Assembly (NCBI GenBank): GCA_030390025.1
Contig: CM059432.1
Span: 152,150,001-152,214,000, forward strand
Reading direction: 5' to 3'
Origin: Squalus acanthias
Lineage: Eukaryota
DNA length: 64,000 bases
Positions within the stretch are counted from its first letter, which is position 1. The number at the start of each line of letters is the position of its first letter. Position numbers and translations under genes: made by a program. Of the stretch, positions 47,201 through 59,356 are shown piece by piece. The notes under the pieces were generated by a model. It searched no databases. It was not told where the DNA came from and saw only the letters and a list, made by a program, of their open reading frames with translations.

Positions 47201-49887
47201 TTCAGGAAAGATAGGGAAGGAAAGATAGGAGGTGGTGTGGCAGTATTGGTTAAGGAGAATGTTACAGTGCTGGAGAGAGAGGATGTCCTGGAGGGGTCAA
47301 GGACAGAATCGATATGGCTAGAGTTAAGAAATAATAGAGGTGCCATTACACTACTATGTGTATTCTATAGGCCACCAACTAGTGGAAAAATATGGAGGAG
47401 CAAGTTTGCAGAGAAATTACAGAGAGATGCAAGAACTATAGAGTAGTGATAATGGGGAACTTCAACTATCCTAATATAGGCTGGGATAATAGTGTAAAAG
47501 GCAGAGAGGGGGAAGAATTTTTGAAGTGTGTTTAGGAGAACTTTCTTGATCAGTAGGTTTCCGGCCCAACGAGGAAGGAGGCATTGCTGGATCTGGTTCT
47601 GGGGAATGAGGTAGGTCAAGTGGAGCAAGTGTCAGTAGGTGAACATTTAGGGAACAGTGATCACAGTATCATAAGGTTTAGATTAGCTATGGAAAAGGAC
47701 AGGGAGCAATCTAGAGTAAAAATACTTAATTGGAGGAAGGCCAATTTCAGTGGGATGAGAACGGATCTGGCCCGGGTAAACTGGAATCAAAGATTGGCAG
47801 GCTAAACTGTAATGAAACAATGAGCTGCCTTTAAAGAGGAAATAGTTTGAGTAGTCGAGCTGCATTCCCACTAGTGGGAAAGGTAGGGCAACTAAAGTCA
47901 GAGCTCCCTGGATGACGAAAGAAAGAGAGAGCAAGCTGAAGCCGAAAAAGAGCGCATATGACAGATGTTAGGTCGAGAATACATCTGAGAATCAGGCTAA
48001 ATGTAGAAAGTTCAGAGGAGAAGTGAAAAATAAAATAAGAGGGGCAAAGAGATGGTACGAGAATAGAATGGCAGCCAACATAAAAGGTAATCCAAAAGTC
48101 TTCTATAGGCATATAAATAGTAAACGGGTAGTAAGAGGAGGGGTGGGGCCAATTAGGGACCAAAAAGGAGACCTACGCACGGAGGCAGAGGGTATGGCTG
48201 AGGTGCTAAATAAGTACTTTGCATCTATCTTCACCAAGGAAAAAGATGCTCCCATAGACAGTGAAGGAGGAGGTAGAGGAGATACTAGATAAAAATGGAT
48301 AAAGAGGAGGTACTAGAAAGGCTGGCTGTACTTAAAGTAGGTAAGTCACCAGGACCAGATGGGATGCATCCTAGGACGCTGAGGGAAGTGAAAGAAGAAA
48401 TCGCGGAGGCACTGGCCATAATCTTCCAATCCTCCTTGAAAACGGGGTGGTGCCAGAGGACTGGAGAATTGCAAATGTTACACCCTTGTTAAAAAATCCA
48501 GCAACTGCAGGCCAGTCAGTTTAACCTCAGTTATGGGGAAGCTTTCAGAAACAATAATCAGGGACAAAATTAACAGTCACTTGGACAAGTGTGGATTAAT
48601 TTTAAAAAAGCCAGCACGGATTTGTTAAAGGCAAATCGTGTTTAATCAACTTGATCCAAGTTTTTTGTTGAGGTAACAGAGAGGGTTGATGAGGGCAATG
48701 CGGTTGACATGGTGTACATGGATTTCCAAAAGACGTTCGACAAAGTGTCACATAATAGGCTTGCCAGCAAAGTTGACGCCCATGGAATAAAAGTGGCAGC
48801 ATGGATACGGAATTGGCTAAGTGACAGGAAACAGAGAGTAGTGGTGAACGGTTGTTTTTCGGACTGGAGGAAGGTATACAGTGGTGTTCCCCAGGGGTCG
48901 GTTCTCGGACCACTACTTTTCTTGATATATATTAATGACTTGGATGTGGGAGTACAGGGCACAATTTAAAAATTTGCAGATGACACAAAACTTGGAAGTA
49001 TAGTGAACAGTGAGGAGGATAGCGATAGACTTCAAGACGACAGACAGGCTGGTGGAATGGGCGGACACATGGCAGATGAAATTTAACGCAGAAAAGTGCG
49101 AAGTGATACATTTTGGTAGAAAGAATGAAGAAAGGAAATATAAACTAAAGGGTACAATCCTAAAGGGGGTGCATGAACAGAGAGACCTAGGGGTATATGT
49201 GCAAAAATTGTTGAAGGTGGCAGGGCAGGTTGAGTAAGCAGTTAAAAAAGCTTACGGGATTCTGGGCTTCATGAATAGAGGTATAGAGTACAAAAGCTTG
49301 GAAATTATGATGAACCTGTATAAAACACTGGTTCGGCCTCAACTGGAGTATTGTGTCCAATTCTGGGCACCGCACTTTAGGAAGGATGTGAAGGCCTTAG
49401 GGAGGGTGCAGAAGAGATTTACGAGAATGATTCCAGGGATGAGGGAGTTCAGTTACGTGGATAGACTGGAGAAGCTGGGGTTGTTCTCCTTAGAGCAGAG
49501 AAGATTGAGAGGAGCTTTCATAGGTGTTCAAAATCATGAGGGGTCTGGACAGAGTAGAGGGAAACTGTTCCCATTGGCAGAAGAGTCAAGAACCTGAGGA
49601 CACAGATTTAAGGCGATTGGCAGAAGAACCAAAGGCAACATGAGGAACAACTTTTTTACTCCGAGTGGTTAGAATCTGGAATGTAATGCCTGAAAAGGTG
49701 GTGGAGGCAGACTGAATCACAGCTTTCAAAAGGGAGTTGTAAAAGTACCTGAAGGAAAAAAATTTGCAGGGCTACAGGTAAAGGACGGGGCAGTGGGACT
49801 AGCTGAAGTGCTCTTGCAGAGAGCCAGCATGGGCTTGATGGGCCAAATGGCTGCCTTCCATGCTGTAACCATTCTATGATTCTATGA
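44286..49887 (+). mobile_element. Degenerate full-length CR1 (5' UTR, esterase ORF1, ORF2), split by a nested CR1
   Basis: ORF1 at 44691-45629; ORF2 from ~47001 to an ATTCTATG tail. The flanks of 45732-47000 rejoin like the intact inter-ORF region at 63060-63250. Confidence 0.85.
45732..47000 (+). mobile_element. Nested 5'-truncated CR1
   Basis: Starts abruptly at SCLTNLLEFF and ends in TTCTTATG repeats. Confidence 0.85.
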
Positions 49888-49899
49888 AGGGACGCCATC

Positions 49900-52500
49900 T
49901 CCATCACCTAAGAAAGCAACAGTGGGGTTCTTTCAGTGGCTATGTCTTCCACAGCAAGATCCCTAAATGATCTAAAATTAACCAATTCCTCTCTTCCCTC
50001 ATTTAGGAATTCAAACTGAAAAGGTAAAAACCAACCCAATTGGGTGATGTACCTGGCCCATACATTTGTTGTAATGTCACTCCTTTTGAACTAAAATTCT
50101 ACTATAGGACCCTTCACCTGAGAAGGGGATGGGGCTGCAGAACACTTCACAATTGGGTAGACGTGGCCTCTCTCCCCTAAGTGGTACTTCCAGGCTGAGG
50201 TCACTTAATCCCTATGGATATAACTCTTTGCAGCTGTAAAAGGAACTCCAACTAGGCCTGTAGAAATTAGAGTTTTGTTCCTTGGGTTGGAAGGCCATGA
50301 TGGCCACATCTCAGAAGTACTGCTGTTCTAAACAGTGATGAGAAGAAAATCTTCTACCAGATGAAAAAAAACTTGTCTTATTAGAGCATAGAACACTTTT
50401 GAAAGAAAATTTCTATACAATAAACCAGTTTTGAGGCAAAAAAAGACTTCTTGCTCAACAGTCCAGCTAACCCAAGTTACACTAGGTCCTCCATTTTTTT
50501 TAATGGCCAGGGATGCTCTCAGATGGATGCCCCAGACCTGAAGGTGTTACCTATTGGGAAAAATCAACTTTAAAATATCCACCACCAACTCAAAATCTAT
50601 TTATGGGAGAGTTTGACAAGTGGGCTCTCTTGGTTTCTTTAGCCTCACTTATTTTGTAAACCTTTAAAGAGGGTTGCACTCTCCAGAGACACCACAGCTT
50701 CATGCAGATGACTGATCAATAACAACATCTTGGATTTATATAGCATCTTTAACGTAGAAAAACATCTCACAGCACTTCACAGAGGCGTAATCAGACAAAA
50801 ATAGATGCGGAGACAAAGAAGATATTAGGAGGGCTGAGCAAAAGTTTGTTAGATGGGTTTTAAGAAGAGTCTTAAAGGAGGAGAGGGAGGTGGAGGGGTT
50901 TAGGGAGAAAATTCTAGAACATGGGGCCTAGACAGCTTATAGGCATGGCCGTCAATGGTGGGGCAAAAGGAGGGGAATATGCACAAAATGCCAGAGTCAA
51001 GGAACAGAGTTCAGGAGGGGAGGACTGGAGGAGGTTACATAGACAGGGAGGGGCCATGAAGATGACAATTTTAAATTTGATGCTTTGGGGGACTGAGTCA
51101 ATTTAGATGAGCGAGAACAGGGATGATGGGTGAGCGGGACTTGGTGTGGGATAGGAAATGGGCAGCAGAGTTTTGGATGAGCTGATATTTATGAAGGGTG
51201 GAGAATGAGAGGCTGGTCAGCAGAGCATTGGAATAGTTGAGTTTGGAGGTGACGAATGAATAAATGAGGGTTTCAGCAGCAGATGGGTTGAGGCGGTGGC
51301 AGTTACGAAGGTTGAAGTAGGCAGTCTTTGTGATGGAGAGGATATGGGATCTGAAGCACAGCTCAGGATTGAATAGGACACCGAGGTTGCGATCAATCTG
51401 ATTCAGTCTCAGACAGTGGCCAGAGAGTGAAATGGAATCAGTAGCTAGGGAAAGGGGTTTGTGACTGGGGCCATAAGCTCAGCTGGGGGTCAAATAGGAT
51501 ACCGAGGATGCAAATAGTCTGGTTCAGCCTGAGACAATGGCCAGGGACAGTGTTGGTGAGCTCCTCTCACTTGTTGGAAGTTAGGCTGGAGCGGGCAGGG
51601 GAAAAAGGATTAACAAGGCAGTTGATAGTAAACAAAAGAAACCGGTTATCTTTGCTCTCCAGGATGATCCTAGACCAGTGTGCAGAGGAGAGTGAGACTC
51701 AATGGTGCTTGATGTGATCCAGCAATTCTGGTGATGGATGGCTAAACCAGTTATGTGCCACATACACTCGTTTGAGCCCCTTGAACTTGAGGTGTGAAGA
51801 TGGGGGCCATACCAGGAGAGTGACGGGGATGGGAGAGAATAAAGGTTTTCCTGAGGCAAAGGCGTTAAAAGATGGGCATGAAGGAGTGGTTAAGCAGATC
51901 AATGGCTGCAGAAGTATTGTGGCAAATGGAATGCCTTAGACTGGGCATTTGGGATTTAGAGAGTGCAGCGGTCAGTGATTTGGGGAAGAATATTTTTCCA
52001 GGGATGAACACAGGAGAAAATGGGGTTGGAAGGGGGTAGATGGGTGGTGAGAGATGCAAGCAATTGGTTGGAGATGCCAGTGTCAGTGATAGAAACCATG
52101 GGAGTAGAGGCCAGGGGTGACGGCAAGGTCACGAGCACCAGACCATACAGGTCAACCACCAGTGCTGTTGTCATCGATACCTTTTATCCAATTCCTACCA
52201 ATACTAAATAAGCAGCTCTTTTGGTACACTAGGGCGAGAATGGCAATCCTTTGACACTCCAGATCCCAGGGAACATAGAGCACCAGTCCTAGGAGGAGGT
52301 GGGCATAAGCCTCCACTGGATTACCTTTCCAGGTTTGATCAGATGGCATAGGCTACACCCCTGGAGGTTGGCTTCCCATTTTCTTGGCAGTTTCCCTGCA
52401 CCCTTGAAAAATAAACATTTAAATTCCACACCAAAGTTGGGTTTTCAGGGTAAACATCTCAGGCACTGGTCAATAGTAGTTGAGAGTGGTCTGTTGTACT
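49900..52500 (-). mobile_element. Possible very old non-LTR RT remnant (R4/Dong-like?), split by an L2
   Basis: Broken minus-strand motifs resembling GVxQGLPFSP (~52230-52260), ISHL (~50705-50717) and FRxLGIHL (~50520-50545). Confidence 0.25.
50718..52180 (-). mobile_element. Degenerate L2 LINE
   Basis: 3' end similar to 40706-40900; purine-rich L2-like body on the plus strand. Confidence 0.7.
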
Positions 52501-53539
52501 CCCCCCAACACGGCAATCAGTGTAATATCAATGAAACTGACGAAAACTTGGGCTTTTCCACAGTAATATCGCTGTTAAATACCCCATTAAATATTAGACC
52601 TTGTTGGATTAGGTGTACCTGGGGTTTTAATAGCGTATTGACTGCTAAACAAATGTATCGCCCTGAAAAACTAATTTTAATTTTGTGGAGTGTCAAATTT
52701 CTCCATAATGAAAATATTTTTTTTTTTTTTAAGAAACTTCAAAAAAAGTTATGTTTTTTAAAAAAGTTCACATTTATTTCAGGTTTACCTTTTCCCCGTG
52801 TGAGAGCCCCAATTTTTGTTTTGCTCTCTAACATTTTTAAAAAGTCAGAATAAAAGGAGCTGCTTCACTTCCTGGTTCTCGGTCTATGAGAATTCTACAT
52901 CGTGATTGGCTGCTTAGACATCTTGTTGACATCACAGCAGCAATGGAATTTCTGAGAAACTACACTGGTCTCAACTGCACGTCGAAAAAGTCAAATTTAT
53001 CGCCACAGAGATCGCCTTTGCTTCGCCGCTGACCGCAAATTATGGGCCATGAACACAGAGCTGACACGGGGTGTTGCTGTTGTCTTACAGTATATAAAAA
53101 ATGCTGAGGACCAGCCCAAAGGATATGGGAGGGGAGAATCAGAGGGTGAAGTCACAATAAAGCCAAAGATTTAAGGCACCATTATGGTTTGCCTCCATCA
53201 ACAACCTGGGTTAACCATGCTATATGAAGTAAGATAAACTGAAAAAAATGTATTTTTCACTTTGCTCCTTTTACAGGTCATTTTACATTCATGAGCATTT
53301 CAGTCAAGCATTTTAACTAGCTACAATTAAACTGAAATCTGAAGCCTTTCCATATTTAGGCTAAGTGTCAAAGCCCGTAGATTTACTTTTTGAATTTGAT
53401 CTGAAAGTAATTACAAAACCGATTTAAACATTATTCTGCTTACTTTATGGTAATGCTAATACCAGCTTTTTCCTCGCAGCTTCATGTTACGCAGTTTAAT
53501 CACAACTGGCAACTTAAAAGCAGCACAACACACACACAC

Positions 53540-53895
53540 CTTTCTTTTTCACCCTTTTATTTGTCCCCCCCACCTTTTTTTTCCTCCTAGAAGCTGGCAG
53601 CTGTCCTTCATTCTGCCAGTAGATTTCACACTTCATTCAGCCTTAATCTGTCACATTAACACCACCTCTAGCCTTGCATATCTCTTAATGTCTCTTAATG
53701 TCTCTTCATCTCCTCCTTTGTTCCTTTATCCCCTCCCCCTTTTCCCAGCTTTACCCTGGCCTTAAATCTATTTGATTTCCAGCTCTTCCCAGTTCTGATG
53801 AAAGGTCATCGACCTGAAACGTCAACTCTCTTTCTCTCTCCACGGATGCTGCCTGGCCTGCTGAGTTTTTCCAGCGTTTTCTGTTGTTATTTCTT
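53540..53895 (+). mobile_element. Solo pLTR / 3' UTR of Penelope family 1
   Basis: Near-identical to the reverse complement of 3121-3470. Confidence 0.88.
53791..53827 (+). ncRNA. Minimal hammerhead ribozyme motif (family 1, GUC cleavage triplet)
   Basis: agtt-CTGATGA-a-aggtc/atc/gacct-GAAA-cg-TC-aact. Confidence 0.8.
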
Positions 53896-54247
53896 TTTCA
53901 TTTGTTGCTTTAATTTCTAATGTGTAAATATTGAAACAGCTACCTTCACTGAAACTGAAAGCGACCAATGTGTATATATTATCTGAAAACTCTCAGTTAT
54001 TTAGTAAATCCAGGCTGCCATCTAGTGGAAAACCTGGCAGTTACATGTTCTACCAATGACTTTGATTGCCTTTCCAGCGACAATAAAAGGCCGTATACAC
54101 TATTGGAAAGCTACGGTTTACTTGGACTAAACATTAGTTGTTTCATTTGGTACCATCTTTATCCAAAGAAAAATAAAGGTTACTTCAACTAAATCCAGCA
54201 ACTGGCTTTAGAAGGGGTAGATTGTGTCTGTTCAACCTATTTTAACT

Positions 54248-54285
54248 TCACCTGACGAAGGGGCAGCAGCTCCGAAAGCTTGTGA
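54248..54285 (+). ncRNA. Minimal hammerhead ribozyme motif (PLE family 2) in a ~100-bp solo pLTR (54240-54335)
   Basis: tcac-CTGACGA-a-ggggc/agca/gctcc-GAAA-gc-TT-gtga. The downstream sequence matches the reverse complement of 59357-59403. Confidence 0.8.
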
Positions 54286-54514
54286 TTTCAAATAAAACTG
54301 TTGGACTATAACTTGGTGTTGTGCGACTTCTCACTTATTTTAAAGAGGTGAGAGCCAATTTGACAAGGGAAAGCCATATGACGCAGTGAAAGTGTACCAA
54401 GATTTCTGAAATTCCTGTGAAACTATAAGGCATTCACTGCAAACTGAAACCACCACCTCTCCCTTCTCTGCCCCGCTGGGTGGTATGTGCAAACTGAACT
54501 ATATTACACTTTAA

Positions 54515-54612
54515 CTAATGGAAGGTCATTGACCCGAAACGTTCACTCTTTCTCTTTCCACAGATGCTGCCTGACCTGCTAAGTATTTCTAGCATTTTCT
54601 GTTTTTTATTGC
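54515..54612 (+). mobile_element. Older degenerate pLTR of Penelope family 1 (hammerhead core mutated)
   Basis: ctaatggaaggtcattgacccgaaacgttcactc...gatgctgcctgacctgct. Confidence 0.65.
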
Positions 54613-55272
54613 ACTTTAACTCTTTGCTTGCAATCAAATAACTAAAACGCCTCGAGGACCTGATTTGCTTTATCAGAGGCTTCATAGTGACTGGATACTT
54701 TTAGGGTATTACCCACCACTCCAACGTCTTTTTTCTTTTCTACTGTTATGCATGGTAACTATCCATTGTGCACATGATCTTTGTTTTCTATACCAGTGTG
54801 AATTACCTTATATTTTTTTGCATTTAATTCCAATTGCCAAACCTGAGCGCATCTAGTTAATTTGAATAGACCATTTCTCCTTCCAGTAAGGGTATTCTCA
54901 ACAAAAAGAGTCTGATGGCAGGAAACCAACCCAGCCAACTATTTTAATACATTCAGTTCTACGGGTAATTTACTATATAAAAGCCCATTACAGTATTTGG
55001 GTCATACACAAATGTTTAGATAAGTATGAACAAAACAAAGGGCCAGTTTCCAATATGTCCATTCTTGAAGGCAACCAAGTGTGAGGTAAACCAATTTCAG
55101 ATGTGACGCTTGAGATTTGATTAATTTTTAAATTAAGTCGGAAAAAATTGGAAATTACAAATGGGTGGAAGAATAGAACAAATTTCATTTCTTTTAGAAC
55201 ACAGGAATAAACAGATTTAAAAACTTATCCTATACAAGACAAATGATTCAACTGCAATAGCTATCCACTCAC

Positions 55273-55329
55273 CAGTGCCTCTAGCCTAGGACAGTGAATG
55301 GACAACTGAATCAACGTGTTGTCTGTGAT
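55273..55329 (-). CDS. FBXL2: FBXL2 third-from-last coding exon (57 nt)
   Basis: tctcttcccacAG|ITDNTLIQLSIHCPRLEAL|GTGAGT; phase 0/0, and joins in frame to SLSHCEL. Confidence 0.92.
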
Positions 55330-55879
55330 CTGTGGGAAGAGAGAGATATCAGTTATTGGATCTACCAAAGGGGGAAAAATGAGTGACCAGTCTATCAAGT
55401 GACTTACAAATATATTAATTGCTCCTTCATGCAACATAAAATACTGGGACAATATAGAATTGATTCACCAGTGTAAGCATGTAAGCACATCACAGCAGTA
55501 TCAATTACCACTTTTATTAATGTAAGTGGAAAAGTTAGAGATAAACAATGGAACCAGGCAGTACGAACAATTAGGAAGCTCTTGGAATCTGTATTAGGTG
55601 CATCTTCTTTCAGGCTGCATTCCTCAATTATTTTGTAAAGGGGTTTTGAGCCTAATTCGAAGAAATGTTTCTGTCCTAAAGTTTGATAATGTCGAGTGCA
55701 TGCATTGCAAAAATAAAACTTTTAAAAAAAATCACTTAAAAATGGTAACTATAAAGTGCAAACAAGAACCATTGCAACACTATTGTTGTAAAAACACCCA
55801 TTTCTGTTTGGTTGAAAAACCTACTGAATTGCATGGACAAGAGTTCTGAAAAGCTCAATTATTGCTGAAACTGTAAATG

Positions 55880-57690
55880 ACATAGGAGTAGATCATCCAG
55901 CCCCTCAAGCCTGTTCCGCCATTCAATTAGATAAGTAATCTGTAATTCAACTCCATATCGCTCGATAACCTTACCTATCAAAAATCTATCAATCTCCGTC
56001 TTCAACACTTCAACTGACCCAGCATCCACAGCCTTTTAGTGGAGAGTTCCAGATTTCTACTACCCTTTGTGTGAAGAAGTGCTTCCTGAATTTGCTCCTG
56101 AATGGCCCAGCTATAATTTTATTATGCCCCCTTGTTTTGGATTCTATCAGAGGAAATAGTTTCTCTGTATCTACTGTATCAGTATTTTAAACACCTTGAT
56201 TAGATCACGCCTCTCCTATACTCAAGGGAATACCATCCCAAGTTTATGCAACATGTCCTCATAATTTATCCCTTTAAGGTCCTGTATCATTCTGGTGAAT
56301 CTGTGCTGTACCCACTTCCGAGGCTAATATATCCTTGTTCAGGTGTGGTGCACAGAACTGAATGCAGTTCTCCAGATGGGGGCTTACCAAGACTTTATAC
56401 AACTGAAGCATAACTTTCTCCCCTTTGTATTCCAGCCCCCTTGAGATAAAGACCAACATTCTATTGGCCTTTTTGATTGCTTTTTGTACCTGTCCATTAG
56501 CTTTTAGTGATTTGTATATATGGACACCCAAATCTCTTTACTTCTCCACAGTTCCTAGTTTCTTACCACTTAAAAAATACACTGATTTGTCTTGGATCCA
56601 AAGTGAATGACCTCACACTTCCCTATATTGAACTCCATTTGTCGCAGTTTTGCCCACTCACTTAATCTCAGTCCCTTTCCAACTTCCTTTTCCGATCTGC
56701 ACTACTTACTGTGCCTTCCGACTTAGTGTCATCTGTAAATTTGGATAAATATGGTGAACAGCTGAGGCCCCAGTATACATCCCTGGGGAATACCACTTGT
56801 CACACCCCGCCAATCAGTATGTACCTCTTATCCCTACTCTCTGTCTCCTACCTCCCAATCAATTTCCAACCCATGATGCAAAATTGCCTCCAATTCCATG
56901 CGCTTTCATTTTTGCAAATAATCTCTTGTGCAAAACCTTATCAAATGCCTTCTGGAAGTCCATGTAGATAACATCTATAGACACTCGCTTATCCACCATG
57001 TTAATGACATCCCCAAAAAATTCAACTAGATTAGTCAGACATGACTTACCCTCCACAAATCCGTGCGGACTCTCTCTGACCAGCTCATATTTGTCCAAGT
57101 CACTCTGTCCCTAATGACAGATTCTAGTAACTTTCCTTCACAACTGGTGTTAGACTGACAGGTCTGTAGTTATCTGGTTTCTCTCTCCCACCCTTCTTAA
57201 ATAATGGTGTGACATTTACAATTTTCCAATGCAACGGCACAATTCCCAAATCGAGAAAGCTTTGAAAGATTCCGACTAATACTCCTGCAATTTCCTCACC
57301 TACTTCTTTTAACACCTGGGATGGAAACTATCAGGTCCTAGAGATTTGTCTATCTTGTGTCCCATTATTTTCACTACCATTTTTTTCTTTTATTAAATTC
57401 AATGAGTTCCCCCCTTTTATTTATTTTTAGTTTCCCTTGAACCACTGTTAGTTTGTCCTCTTACTCTATTATGAAAACGGATGTAGAGTATTCATTTAAC
57501 AAGTCTATTTCCTAATTGTCAATTACAGTATCACCTGCATCTGACTTTAATGGGCCCACATTTCCCTTAGTCACTCTTTCTCTTAATATATTTATAAAAA
57601 CGGTTAGCCTTAATATCCCTTGCAAGTTTTTTTGTATTCACCTTTTGCAGCTCTTAATATTTTTCTTGTTATTTTTATTTTGTGACATAA
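55880..57690 (-). mobile_element. Degenerate CR1 LINE
   Basis: Minus-strand ORFs with NYRPVSLT, SCLTNL, DFQKAFDKV and HLENCIQF. Confidence 0.85.
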
Positions 57691-58019
57691 AAGACAGTTT
57701 AGAATAAATGTTTGTGATGCTTGCAATGTTTCTTTAAAGTGTACTATACCCAGTCCAAAAAGTGCAAATCATAGAATTTTCAAAAGACTACACGTTCTAA
57801 ATTCAGTTGTGTTTTATGCTGGCCAACGGAATAGAATACAACCAGTCACTGTATGGGAATCATTCTAATCCTCTGGACAAAGAAATCAGCTTGCTTGTGA
57901 CATCAATATAGAGGATAGGATATACTTTCTTAGATCTCTGTAGAGTAGGGTAGAAAACTGTCAATTTTGTGAGTAAAAAGAAAGAGACATTCTACTTTAT
58001 ACAAGTGTCCTTGTGCAGA

Positions 58020-59072
58020 TAGAAACATAGAAGATAGGAGCAGGAGTAGGCCATTCGGCCCCTCGAGCCTGTTGCGCCATTTAATGAGATCATGGCTGAT
58101 CATCCAAATTCAGTACCCTGTCCCTGCTTTCTCCCCATATCCCTTGATCCCCTTAGCCTTAAGAAATATATCTAACTCCTTCTTGAATATATTTAATGAA
58201 TTGGCCTCAACTGCCTTCTGTGGTAGAGAATTCCACACTCTCTGGGTGAAGAAATTCCTCCTCATTTCAGTCCTAAATGGCTTACCCCTTATCCTTAGAC
58301 TGTGACCCCTGGTTCTGGACTCCCCCGCCATCGGGAACATCCTTCCTGCATCTAGTCTGTCTAGTCCTGTTAGAATTTTATAAGTTTCAATGAGATCCCC
58401 TCTCATTCTTCTAAACTCTAGCGAATACAAGCCCAATCGTCCCAAACTCTCTTCATACGTCATTCCTGCCATCCCAGGTATCAGTCTGGTGAATCTTCGC
58501 TGCACTCCCTCCATGGCAAGAACATCCTTCCTCAGATAAGGCGACCAAAACTGCACACAATACTCAAGGTGTGGTCTCACCAAGGCCCTGTACAACTGCA
58601 GCAAGACATCCTTGCTCCTGTACTCGAATCCTCTCACTATGAAGGCCAACATACCATTTGCCTTCTTAACCGCCTGCTGCACCTGCATGCTTACCTTCAA
58701 CGACTGGTGCACAAGGACTCCCAGGTCTCGTTGCACTTCCCCTTTTCCCAATCTATTGCCATTCAGATAATAATCTGCCTTCCTGTTTTTGCCACCAAAG
58801 TGGATAACCTCGCATTTATCCACATTATACTGCATCTGCCCAATCACCCAACTTGTCCAAATCATACTGGAGTTTCTCTGCATCCTCCTCACAACACACA
58901 CGCCCACCCACCTTTGTGTCGTCTGCAAACTTGGAGATATTACATCTAGTTCCCTCGTCTAGATCATTTATATATATTGTGAATAACTGGGGTCCTAGCA
59001 CCGATCCCTGCGGTACCCCACTCGTCACTGCCTGCCACTCGGAAAAAGACACGTTTATTCCAACTCTTTGCT
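58020..59072 (-). mobile_element. 5'-truncated CR1 LINE (same subfamily as 2375-5315)
   Basis: ORFs at 58825-59184 and 58110-58928 (GVPQGS, FADD, RPHLEYCVQFW); tail near 58020. Confidence 0.92.
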
Positions 59073-59356
59073 TCGAAGTAATTCCCTTACCAGATACAAG
59101 AAAACCAAATTGTCTCCAGGTGGTCAGCCCTGGATCATACAATATCCAAGTTGTTAACCACAGTCCAGCCTGGATGTGTGTCATACTCTCCTACCTTTCT
59201 GGGATAATTATCCCCATAATCCCTTCAGAATCCCAAGTCTGGCAGGCAATGTTTACATTTCCAAGACAAGATTTAATCTGAAAAACCACAGCTCTAAATT
59301 TCTTGTTAAGTTTATTTCTGCTAAATTACTTCCATAGTCTGGTAAATAGAAGCATT

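Noticed and set aside
12549..55329. Assignment of the exons to FBXL20
   Set aside because: LSNSPCGHERL, QQVTRAG, AHLP and SGQRLCRC fit FBXL2 better than FBXL20 (LGNGACAHDQL, QQIT, THLP, RQRFCRC), judged from recalled sequences. A phylogeny would confirm.
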